Shown here piece after piece: positions 25,499 through 36,835 of a stretch of DNA of 64,000 nucleotides; position 1 is the stretch's first letter, and each line of letters starts with the position of its first letter. The notes under the pieces are model-generated. The model was not told the origin of the DNA. It did not search any database and saw nothing but the letters and a program-made list of their open reading frames with translations. A program made the position numbers and the translations under genes. The DNA comes from Octopus bimaculoides. Lineage: Eukaryota. The stretch spans positions 18,874,060 through 18,938,059 of the forward strand of contig NC_069000.1 of the NCBI RefSeq assembly GCF_001194135.2, written 5' to 3'.

Positions 25499-26156
25499 AA
25501 ATATATACACAAATATATACAGGGNNNNNNNNNNNNNNNNNNNNNNNNNNNNNNNNNNNNNNNNNNNNNNNNNNNNNNNNNNNNNNNNNNNNNNNNNNNN
25601 NNNNNNNNNNNNNNNNNNNNNNNNNNNNNNNNNNNNNNNNNNNNNNNNNNNNNNNNNNNNNNNNNNNNNNNNNNNNNNNNNNNNNNNNNNNNNNNNNNNN
25701 NNNNNNNNNNNNNNNNNNNNNNNNNNNNNNNNNNNNNNNNNNNNNNNNNNNNNNNNNNNNNNNNNNNNNNNNNNNNNNNNNNNNNNNNNNNNNNNNNNNN
25801 NNNNNNNNNNNNNNNNNNNNNNNNNNNNNNNNNNNNNNNNNNNNNNNNNNNNNNNNNNNNNNNNNNNNNNNNNNNNNNNNNNNNNNNNNNNNNNNNNNNN
25901 NNNNNNNNNNNNNNNNNNNNNNNNNNNNNNNNNNNNNNNNNNNNNNNNNNNNNNNNNNNNNNNNNNNNNNNNNNNNNNNNNNNNNNNNNNNNNNNNNNNN
26001 NNNNNNNNNNNNNNNNNNNNNNNNNNNNNNNNNNNNNNNNNNNNNNNNNNNNNNNNNNNNNNNNNNNNNNNNNNNNNNNNNNNNNNNNNNNNNNNNNNNN
26101 NNNNNNNNNNNNNNNNNNNNNNNNNNNNNNNNNNNNACACACACATGTATGTGTGT

Positions 26157-26188
<32 letters not shown>

Positions 26189-26213
26189 AAATATATACAC
26201 AAATATATACAGG
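25448..26213. other. N gap with identical sequence on both flanks (probable assembly artefact)
   Basis: 25448-25524 is repeated at 26138-26214. Confidence 0.85.
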
Positions 26214-27488
26214 GTTCAATGAGTCGCCAGTTTATATTTTTAATTTTGTGCCTGCACATAGTGTTTTTGTCAACTACACAGTATGGTAGGGTCAGTTGGG
26301 CACTGTCTGTGAGAAAAACAGTACCATGATGCAATTTACTCTGCCAGAAATTTGGAAACGACATGCTGTACTGCTTGGTATTTGCACCAGAAGCTCCAGT
26401 ACAAACATTTCAGAGTTTTTGGGTGTCAACCTGAGAACATGTACTTAGAGTGATAAAAATCAAATATCCAGTCAACATCATGGTGTTTTGGAGTGATCAC
26501 TAGTGATGGTGACGTTATGCCTCCATTCATTTTCTCACACAGCCTCAGACTCAATACAAAGACCTACATCAAGTGCCTGGAGGAGGAAGCGTTGCCCTGG
26601 GTCAAGAGGGTGGCTGCTGGAAGACCCTATGTCAGGCAACAAGACTACACCATTCCACACAAGCAAGGGAACCCAGTCATGGCTATCAAATAATTTCTGT
26701 GACCACATAACCCCCAACATCTGGCCACCTAACTCCCCACACTGCAACCCACTTGATTATTATGTGTGAGGCACAGTTGAGCGAGCGATCAACAAAACTT
26801 CTTTTAACACCAAAGATGAACTAAAGACAAGGATTATGGCAGCATTCACTAACTTAAGCAAGGAGACTGTCCAGAAGAGTTGCAGGAGATTCCAAAGTCA
26901 TCTGGAGGCCATGGTTAAAACTAATGGTAATTTTATTGAATAAATTTACTCTTTAGTATTTCAAGATATTTTTATGTAATTTTGGTAAATATATCTGTTA
27001 AAATGAGATGTCAGTGTTATTTTCATTTTTGCATAATTTATANNNNNNNNNNNNNNNNNNNNNNNNNNNNNNNNNNNNNNNNNNNNNNNNNNNNNNNNNN
27101 NNNNNNNNNNNNNNNNNNNNNNNNNNNNNNNNNNNNNNNNNNNNNNNNNNNNNNNNNNNNNNNNNNNNNNNNNNNNNNNNNNNNNNNNNNNNNNNNNNNN
27201 NNNNNNNNNNNNNNNNNNNNNNNNNNNNNNNNNNNNNNNNNNNNNNNNNNNNNNNNNNNNNNNNNNNNNNNNNNNNNNNNNNNNNNNNNNNNNNNNNNNN
27301 NNNNNNNNNNNNNNNNNNNNNNNNNNNNNNNNNNNNNNNNNNNTAATGGTAATTTTATTGAATAAATTTACTCTTTAGTATTTCAAGATATTTTTATGTA
27401 ATTTTGGTAAATATATCTGTTAAAATGAGATGTCAGTGTTATTTTCATTTTTGCATAATTTATACAACAGTTTATTCACTGCACCCTG
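26210..27488 (+). mobile_element. Non-autonomous Tc1/mariner-family element (internal deletion), copy 1
   Basis: TA|cagggt... and ...caccctg|TA ends; transposase remnants including IWPPNSPHCNPLDYYV; contains a gap with duplicated flanks (26924-27042 = 27344-27462). Confidence 0.85.
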
Positions 27489-27799
27489 TATATGTCAGTA
27501 TAAATAAGAGTAACCTAATGAAAGAATGGAGCACTCCACACATTTGCTTAGATTTATATGTATGTAATAAGAGTTTGATTCATATGGAGTTAGATTCAGA
27601 GACAATTGCAACCAACAGAAACCAGTGGCATCAATTTGCTGCCCAATGTGCTCAAGAGAACAGGAAATGCTGAACTAATGTAAATAGATTTATGTATATT
27701 CTTTTACTTGTCATTTGATTGTGGCCATGCTAGAGCACCACCTTTAAAATATATATATGTATGTATTTAAAGAAATATATCCATATATCTGTGTGTGTG

Positions 27800-28075
27800 T
27801 TAAGGTGCATAGCCTATTTGTAAGAGTATTACACTCACAATTGTGAGATCATAGGTTCAAATCCTAGACTGACAGTGAATTGTGCTCTTGAGCAAACACT
27901 TATTTCATGTTGCTCCAGTCCACTCAGCTGTAAATGAGTAACCTGGTGACGGTCAAACATTCTATTCATGGCGAATGTAGGCCTACCCATTGGGATGGTA
28001 TCATCGGAAAGTTAAAACAATGCAAAGTGCATTGTGACCAACAGTTTACAACAACTTCCAATGGTCTTGTCAATA
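27800..28075 (+). mobile_element. Decayed tRNA-derived SINE family 4
   Basis: ggttcaaatcc B-box followed by gagcaaacacttatttcatgttgctccagtccactcagctg (CORE-like domain, from recall). Confidence 0.55.
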
Positions 28076-28098
28076 CAGTGATATATATATATATATAT

Positions 28099-28675
28099 GA
28101 TGGCTGCCCCCTCGTTATCGAGTATGGCCATTGCACAAAGCTTAACTTAACGGTGCTGTGATCAAATGTGACTTTTTAGCCCAGCCAAAGATCTACAATG
28201 TCTTGCACAGAGTTGGCATCCAAAACCTTTACTGGCAATAGCTGGCTGTTGTTGTAATTGGGCTCCATGTACCTTTGCGTGTCGTTTAAGTCCTCCTGCT
28301 GAATCACACTCCCTTCCACATGCCCGACAGACATGACTAGTATGGTGTGTAGCATCATCACCAGCGGCCTGGTAAATCAATCATCGGTCTTGCTTTATGA
28401 CTACGAAGATGACTCATAAGCCCAGCTTTACTGAGGCACGGTCTTTTATGGAGAGGAAAACAACCTCCACATAAACCAAAAAAGAGATATAAAGACTTGC
28501 TGAAGATTTCCTTGAGAGATGCCAACATCTCTCCTAGCCGTGGCAGGTGGAGAAGGATTGTGCATGAGGGGACAACTATTTTTGAGAAATCACGAATTGC
28601 ACATGAGAAATTAAGGAGGGATGTCAGGAAGGGCATTGTTGTTGCACTTCCAGATGGCAAGGGTCTTCCTATGAC
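28099..28675. mobile_element. RTE-clade LINE 3' end with 5' inversion and three C2H2-like fingers
   Basis: About 28445-28675 (+) reads PPHKPKKRYKDLLK...GRWRRIVHEG. 28099-28445 (-) reads KRPCLSKAGLMSHLRSH / CRACGRECDSAGGLKRHAKVH / CQLCARHCRSLAGLKSHI. Flanked by (TA)n. Confidence 0.85.
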
Positions 28676-29906
28676 ATATATATACATATACACACGCATA
28701 CATATATTAGAAAGAATTCTTGATTCAGTCACAATAGTCATGCACCTTCTTTTTCTACAGTAAGACACTTGTGTTTCTTCACCTATCATACTTTATGCTC
28801 TCAATACTTGGCATAAAGCCACCAACCACTTCCCCTGACTTAGTCAAAGAGTCCTTTTCCTGTTCTTCTGCTCTCTTGCAAGTTACTTGGCAATCCCACT
28901 TGTGTAGGTGAAACACACACACACACAAACAACAGTACACACTGCAAAGTGATTGGTTATTAGGAAGGACCTCTAGTTGCAGAAATCATTCCAAAGCTGA
29001 CACTGGAGCTCAACGCAACCCTGCTGCTTGCAAAACCCTGTCAAACTGCCCAATCCATGCCAGAATGGAAAATGGACATTAACTGATGATGATGATACAA
29101 TACCTCAAAACAAACAGAATAACACACATCTTTTAGAAACCAGTTTTTGTACTGTGTAAGCACTTTTGCTATTTACAGCTTTTCAAACACGCACATTATA
29201 AGGTAATCTACATAGTTAAAGTTGTTTTTAATAGCAGTGTTGTCTACTTCTGGTTTAGTTTCAGATTTAAAATTCTTACAAAGTATTCTTCTCTTGTATT
29301 TTGTGGTTGATCATTTCATCCTTCATTTTGAAAAAAGTTTGTTTTGCATTTTCAATTTGCACAAGTGGTGTAAAAATAGGTGTTCACTAGTGGAACATAT
29401 CTAAGAGACAAATCTTTGATTTGTTCTTAATGTACTCTACTTCAATGTATCACTTTTGATCCCATTTGTGGGTATGTGATGCAGTATATGAAATTTTTTT
29501 TTGTTTTGCAATTTATATTTGCATTAACCTTCAATTCCTACCTGTTCTTGTCTCACAACAATTGTCTCCAGATTTTGTTAGTTGTATTATTTCTTCTACT
29601 GTTGTGAATTTTGCCTTTGTTAAGAGTCTTTCAGAATTTGATGGCTGTCTTCAGCTGTTGGTAATTTGTAATTTATTCTTCGGAGATTTGATGATTGGTG
29701 TACAATTGGAATGGTCGATTGACCATATACAAAATATAATGGTTTCTACAATTATAGGTGGCAACAAATGGGAAATTTGTGTATTTATTTTTGTCTTCGA
29801 CCTTATTGTGAGGGTTTCTCTGTAAGACTTGTGATTGGTCATCTTTTTAATATCTTTGTGTCTGTGACTCATGAACATATACATCTTGTTATATTAACAG
29901 GGATAT

Positions 29907-30118
29907 TAAGATGATAAGCTGACAGAATCATTAGCACACCACGGAAAATGCTTAGCAGTATTTCATCTGTCTTTACATTCTGAGTGCAAATTCTTCCGAG
30001 GTCAACTTAGCCTTTTATCCTTTCAAGTACCAGTTGAGTACTGGGGTTGATGTAACTGACTATACCCTTCCCCCATTTTCAGGCCTTGTGCCTATAATAG
30101 AAAGGATTATTATTATTA
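29907..30118 (+). mobile_element. SINE family 2 with (ATT)n tail
   Basis: aagatgataagctgacagaatcattagc...aggccttgtgcctataatagaaaggattattatt. Confidence 0.85.
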
Positions 30119-31224
30119 ATCACTGGTGCTGTTTGGTTGTCTTATTGCTGACTGTGTTCAACACTGCATATATGCTACTAATTTTAATCTCCCTTGGAAG
30201 AGGTAGGTCTGAGAAATTTATTGATTCATGTTTATTTGGGCAACCTTCAAGTAGTTTTCCAATAGAAATTTTGAAGTCACTAAATGCTGATACTTCAAAT
30301 GTTATTGTTGGTACACTTAAATCATCAAGCTACTGTACGTAGAACTTGCTATGAACATCAATTCTTGATTTCATGCTAATTTAAAACACAAGGTTGAAAA
30401 TGTGCCATTTCTAACTTTAGGGAGAAAATATATCAGCTCATCAAAGAAAGTAAAAATGTTATACACACACACACATATATATAGCATGTCCCCCTAATAT
30501 TTAACAAAAAAAAAAAAAAAAAANNNNNNNNNNNNNNNNNNNNNNNNNNNNNNNNNNNNNNNNNNNNNNNNNNNNNNNNNNNNNNNNNNNNNNNNNNNNN
30601 NNNNNNNNNNNNNNNNNNNNNNNNNNNNNNNNNNNNNNNNNNNNNNNNNNNNNNNNNNNNNNNNNNNNNNNNNNNNNNNNNNNNNNNNNNNNNNNNNNNN
30701 NNNNNNNNNNNNNNNNNNNNNNNNNNNNNNNNNNNNNNNNNNNNNNNNNNNNNNNNNNNNNNNNNNNNNNNNNNNNNNNNNNNNNNNNNNNNNNNNNNNN
30801 NNNNNNNNNNNNNNNNNNNNNNNNNNNNNNNNNNNNNNNNNNNNNNNNNNNNNNNNNNNNNNNNNNNNNNNNNNNNNNNNNNNNNNNNNNNNNNNNNNNN
30901 NNNNNNNNNNNNNNNNNNNNNNNNNNNNNNNNNNNNNNNNNNNNNNNNNNNNNNNNNNNNNNNNNNNNNNNNNNNNNNNNNNNNNNNNNNNNNNNNNNNN
31001 NNNNNNNNNNNNNNNNNNNNNNNNNNNNNNNNNNNNNNNNNNNNNNNNNNNNNNNNNNNNNNNNNNNNNNNNNNNNNNNNNNNNNNNNNNNNNNNNNNNN
31101 NNNNNNNNNNNNNNNNNNNNNNNNNNNNNNNNNNNNNNNNNNNNNNNNNNNNNNNNNNNNNNNNNNNNNNNNNNNNNNNNNNNNNNNNNNNNNNNNNNNN
31201 NNNNNNNNNNNNNNNNNNNNNNNN

Positions 31225-31273
<49 letters not shown>

Positions 31274-32105
31274 TTGACTAAGTAGGGGTTTTATCAGTGG
31301 ATAAAAATATTGAGATGGTTGAGAATCAGTTCAAAATAACCTACACATAAACAAGTAATAAAACTCTCACAGTTATGTAATAGTCTTTAAGGATGTGGAC
31401 CAAAAAAGATATGTTAATGAACTGAAAAATCCCCAAAATTCTGATGACCTTTGCATATATATGTTCACAGTGTGCAGACATTTCAGAGATAGAGTAGAAA
31501 AGCAGGCTAAATTAACGAATCAGATAAACACAATGCTAATGCTAGCACCATTCCTATGGACTTAATTGATGAAACTTGTTAAAGTCACAACTACTTCTTA
31601 GATATAATTTTTAATGAAAATAGCATAAATTTTCACAAAATGGAAAATGTTATTGAGATCTGAGAAAAGTATTTTAATATTTTTGTACAGGATATTTCTT
31701 CAGAGAAAAAAAATTCACTTAGCTGAAATAACCTGAATCATTACTGAGTGAGTCTAGCAACATCCCCAAACCATAGATATTGTAACCATGTATTTCTATG
31801 ATCTATGCTTCTAAAATAGTAGACTAACTAGTGCTTTTAAACTGCTACTGATTGACTGACAATATATGCAGTATCTTATAGAGATTAGGATTACAGTCAG
31901 TGAGTCGTAGAACTGTACATATGCTTCACACATGTACAGTGTGTGTCATTACAGGTATGTTTGTTTTGTAGTGGGGTTGAATTCTGCTTCAGCAGTTGTT
32001 TTTATTTTCAAATCTGATGTCGTCAACATATATTTGTTTACACTGCTGATATTCATGTAGACAAATGTAGTAACATAACTTATCCTATGTACCTGATCAT
32101 TTGTT

Positions 32106-32142
<37 letters not shown>

Positions 32143-32317
32143 AGTATAGTATATTTTAGACCTACACACCCATGTATATATGCACGTATAGTCCTGTAAC
32201 ATCTTATACAGCCTACTACCACTTCTTCCAATGGTGTCATTTGCTTGTGCTAAAACTGTGATCTTCAACTGGCACACACTTTTAACACCATAAGTAGTAA
32301 ATATACACACAAGCATT

Positions 32318-32591
32318 TATGTGTACTGTGCAGGTGGCACGTAAAATACACCATTTTGAGCGTGGCTGTTGCCAGTATCGCCTGACTGGCCTTCGTGCCA
32401 GTGGCACGTAAAAGCACCCTCTACACTCTCGGAGTGTTTGGCGTTAGAAAGGGCATCCAGCTGTAGAAACTCTGCCAAATCAGATTGGAGCCTGGTGTAG
32501 CCATCTGGTTTCACCAGTCCTCAGTCAAATCGTCCAACCCATGCTAGCATGGAAAGCGGATGTTAAACAATGATGATGATGATGATGATGT
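32318..32591 (+). mobile_element. RTE-type 3'-tail element with (GAT)n tail
   Basis: Near-identical to 6381-6693. Confidence 0.85.
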
Positions 32592-33289
32592 ATATAGACA
32601 TGTTTGTGCATGCATATATCAAACATGCCTGTGTAAGCACATACACACACACAATTATACCTGTTTTAAACAATGATCTATCTCTATAATTCACATCCAT
32701 CTACAGTCGTTGATCAACTCAAGTTCTGGCCCCCTTATTTACTTGTAAACCATTTCTGTTATCCATCTCCAGTCATGAAAATGCATCAGCTTGCATTGTT
32801 TGAATACAAAGCCCTTTCAACCTATGCTGCATTGATTCCCTAAGCCACTTTTATGGTGGGTAAGTGGTGGTGGTGGTGGGAAACACAGTAGAGTTGACTG
32901 AACCAACCCTCAGGGTATTAAATTATTGCTACTAAAACAATAATAAATGAAAGTTGATGGAATAATGGCCTCGTTTATTATTAATTCTAGAACATTTTAC
33001 TAGATCCTTTGTTTAAGTTGCTTTAAGTTGACTCAATTCACTAAATTCAGAGATATTTGCTTCTAAATCTGTGGCAGTTGTTGGATACGGAGGGAGATTT
33101 TTTTTCAGTTAGCTTTCTCGTAACATCTACCCATGATGTGTAATACAATCTATGAAACAAATTCCATTACATGAATGAAATAGGTAAATAAAAATTGAAT
33201 GTTTGTTAAAATTGGACATTCTTGGGAAGTTGAATGTGGATTTCACCATAAGTTGCAGTTAAAGATGGCTGTGTTCATTTATGTGTAGA

Positions 33290-35100
33290 GCTATATAGAG
33301 TAAATGCAAATATCTAAAGGAAACAATATTTAATATCAACTGCTGATGAGGTGCTGGAAATTTCGAAAGGATTACACTTCTTTTCAAAGATGAATCTTGA
33401 TAATGTGCTAACACCAAGTAAAATTAGATCCAGTGATGCAAAATAATAATATTTGCTCCTTCTAGTGGATCAAATCAGTACAAGCATGTAGTTCTTCAGA
33501 TTTTCTTAGTATTTGAAGAATTTTGGGAAATTAGCAGTCTTTTCAAATCTGAACTGAATGTAATATTGCAAATAATATTCTAAGCTCATTGCAGGTCAAA
33601 AGAGATAATCCCATGACATTAAATTGATGCTTAATAATACTGTTCAGAAGTGGTCTTGCATTAAATCATAGGAAATATATCTATACCATGAGACAAATAG
33701 AATATTTTGACTTTGTTTTCAAGCAGGAAGTGAAACTGATGGAGCATAAGGTTATGTTTCATCAGATTTAACAATTCAAGCATAATGACTGAATGAAGAG
33801 TGCTTCTTTTTGATCACTCATATTTCTTTGTCATTTCATCATACTTAATTATTAAAAAATATATGGAAACTGACAAAATGGAGGGAAAGAAATTTCAATT
33901 GGGTGGTAAATGAGAATAAGATTTCCAGGAATTAAAACACTGCATAACATCTCATACGATATTTTATACCAAACAGAAAGATTATCTATTGATGACACTC
34001 AGGTTGGGTTGGATGCCATATTGGTGCAACATAAATATCAAAGGTAAAGTTCATGTTATTTCCTATGGAATCAAAGCACTTCCAAAAAATCAAACAGTGG
34101 TATGGTCTATTTGAAAATAAAGGCCTTGCAATAGTAGGGGTGTCCTATGAAAGTATACAAAAGGTATTCATAACACAGCAGCTGTACTGTCCCTTCAGCT
34201 AATAGAAACAACAGAGTATGTTGATAAATATGACTATTGTAAACAATATCAAATTTGTAGCCATGACCGTATCTAATTTATTAAAATATTCAAAGAAAGT
34301 CTCAACTATTCAGACAATAGAAAAAAACATGGAGAAAGGAGACAGTAAAATTCAGCTGCTAGAAATTATACAGCAATTTGTCTGTTGTCCCAGAATTAAC
34401 AAAGACCAAAAGCCAAAAATTAGAAATTGTTTGATAATAAATCTTCACAGCTAAATGAGGAACATACATGTAGATTTCAAAGGTCTACTTCTCAGCAAGG
34501 AATGACTATTAGTAATTGCTGAAGCAATGCAATAGCTGGAGACAGTTGTTCTGAAACTGACTGGAATTTGTCCACGGTTTATAAGCTGTGAATTTAAAGT
34601 GTTTAGAATGATAGTGAGTAAAACACTGATACTTGACCATTCTCAAATGTTTTGGTAAAAAGATTCAGTATAAGCAACGTAATGAAGTCATCAATCTAGA
34701 AGGCAAATGGTAAAAGAGAGAAATTTGGAAACGTTTATTGTTCTACAGGAACACCTTTCATTCATGAACTAAGGTAGCACCATCTATCCTATTTTTAAAT
34801 CAACTCTTACCTGGAAAATTTCCACATTATGAAATTCCTGTAACAGACAAAAGACATGAAGCGGAGAGTAATGAGAAAAGAGCAAAATCTAACATAAAAT
34901 ACTTGCTAATTGGAAACCAGGTGTTCAGATATAGACGTTGATCATGTTATCATGAAAATTCAACAACCAAGAAAATACCATCCAAATTTTAATTTGACTT
35001 TGTTGTTAGAAGGAAGGGAAGACTGATTTGGGTTACAGCTCTAGATTGGTTGAAAGCATTCATGTGCACCGTACTTGATCTCAAAGTTGTACTGTAAGAA
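33290..35100 (+). mobile_element. Highly decayed Ty3/Gypsy pol remnant (RT, RNase H, integrase)
   Basis: DEVLEISKGLHFFSKMNL (RT), IDDTQVGLDAILVQ...VISYG..AL...NKGLAIV (RNase H), KANGKREKF and YRNTFHS*TKVAPS (integrase), in Gypsy domain order; many stops. Confidence 0.7.
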
Positions 35101-36730
35101 AGTGCAAGAGGTTCTTATAATAGGATCCTTGTTAAAAGCTTGACTGTGGATCAAATTCACAGAATGAATCAACTGAAATAACAATAAAGATAACAAGTGT
35201 CTGAAGAGAGCAAATCTGGCCAGGAATGCCAGTATGGTTTATGTATAAACCTACAGGAATATATATGGATATACCAGCGATCAAATACAGACCAGAGAGT
35301 GAAAACATTATTAAATAAATAAAAAGCAAAGATATGACATTCATATGGTAGTGTTGCATATTTTACATTATTCACATGCTTACTATTGCATGATTCAATC
35401 TGATGGTCACATAATCAGTGTCATTCAATGTTACCAGTTGGATGAGGAAAGCTTGGTTATTCAGTTGAATAAAGCTTGTAGAGTTATAGGACCTCTTGCA
35501 ACTACAGCTTTGCTTGAATAAACACTTTATTGCAGGACTACATGCATAAGCTCATTACAGAGCTCTATTATAAAATGCAAGTAGTTATTTTCTTAAATCT
35601 GGTGGAATGAAGGTAAAAAAATCTACTATGATTTGAACTTAAAGACTAAAAATGACAAAGCTAAATACATATATGCATTTCATTTTATGCTTTAACTTGT
35701 GCTATTAACAGAAAAGTAAATAAGAGGCTGTACCATTTGTTGTATATTGGTTTGGTTTCAAAGCCTCAATCATAAAGAATATACAGTATACACCACCATT
35801 TAGTTAACATTTGTTTTATCTGAAATTGTTGCTTATATATGAAGAGTCTAAAATGATTGACCTTTCTGCTGTTTACTGTTGAAGGCCAGCTTCCAGTTAG
35901 CCTCTCTATACTCTCATGATGTACTCTAGACTTATTCTTAATGATGAAATAGCTATATTTTAGAAATTGGGGAAGCAACTTTAAAAGAGATCTCATTTTA
36001 ATATTTATGCATTTTCTCCTGAATGTAATTAACTGATTAAATAAACAATTGAGTTCTAAAATATTTTATTTCCTCTAAGATTTCTTTCAGTATGTTTAGA
36101 AGTGAATAAAAGAATGTGTAAGTTTTATTTTTTCAAGTTTCTAACAATTTGTATATCATATGAAATGCCTAATTAATATTCAATAGTTTCGAACTGAAAA
36201 TCTTACTTTTGTTTGTTATATATAGGACCACAAGAATTCTGTATAATCAATGTCCATGTGTTAGTGCACACACAGGCATACAAACACATCAACACACACA
36301 TACAAACCTACATGCACAGATAAATGAACTTTTATCCTTTTCTTTTTCACAAAGTGTATTTTATGGACACAAAAGACATTGCTAAATGGTTAATTTTAAT
36401 CTATTTTATCTCCAATGGATATCTGAACTGAACAATTTAAATATATCAAACTAAATGAATGTTTGAAGTAACTGAAGGAAATTGAGTTTTTAATGTTCAA
36501 TTTGAAGGTAGAAAACAACAACCAATGAAGAATGCAAATCAATTCTCACATAGTGTGATCTTTATCCAAAACCATTGAGGAGAGTCACCTGCTCAGAGAA
36601 ACACAGGCTTCTGAATACAGACACCAACTGAATCTGTTGAGATTGCCATTAAGTGATTTCTATAAAGAAGCATCATGAAACGTATTTAAACTGAAATATA
36701 TGCCAGTTAATATCAGTAAATCAATGTTAC

Positions 36731-36835
36731 CAGAAGGTGCGGGGAATATGGACGAATACAATAATGCCGAATGTCCAGTGAGCATCCATTCCCTCCCATT
36801 TAGGGGCTTGGGACCCTCAAGGTATGAGATCACAC
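36731..36835 (-). CDS. Candidate 105-nt exon (VISYLEGPKPLNGREWMLTGHSALLYSSIFPAPS)
   Basis: Acceptor catttaaccatgccag, donor gtaaca, phase 1-1. The + strand is also open (36700-36821, donor gtatga). Confidence 0.3.

Noticed and set aside
25356-26364. ORFs of 255-329 aa
   Set aside because: They span an N gap and microsatellites.
28162-28380. Host C2H2 zinc-finger gene
   Set aside because: Contiguous with RTE ORF2 sequence and the element's 3' end, so it is LINE-encoded.
30501-31274. 257-aa ORF
   Set aside because: Almost entirely N.
33343-33375. CTGATGA...GAAA hammerhead-like match
   Set aside because: No stem II, I or III pairing; it lies in Gypsy RT coding sequence (DEVLE).
36731-36835. 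WD40 assignment from LTGHS
   Set aside because: Only the GH dipeptide matches; the rest of the WD40 consensus is absent.
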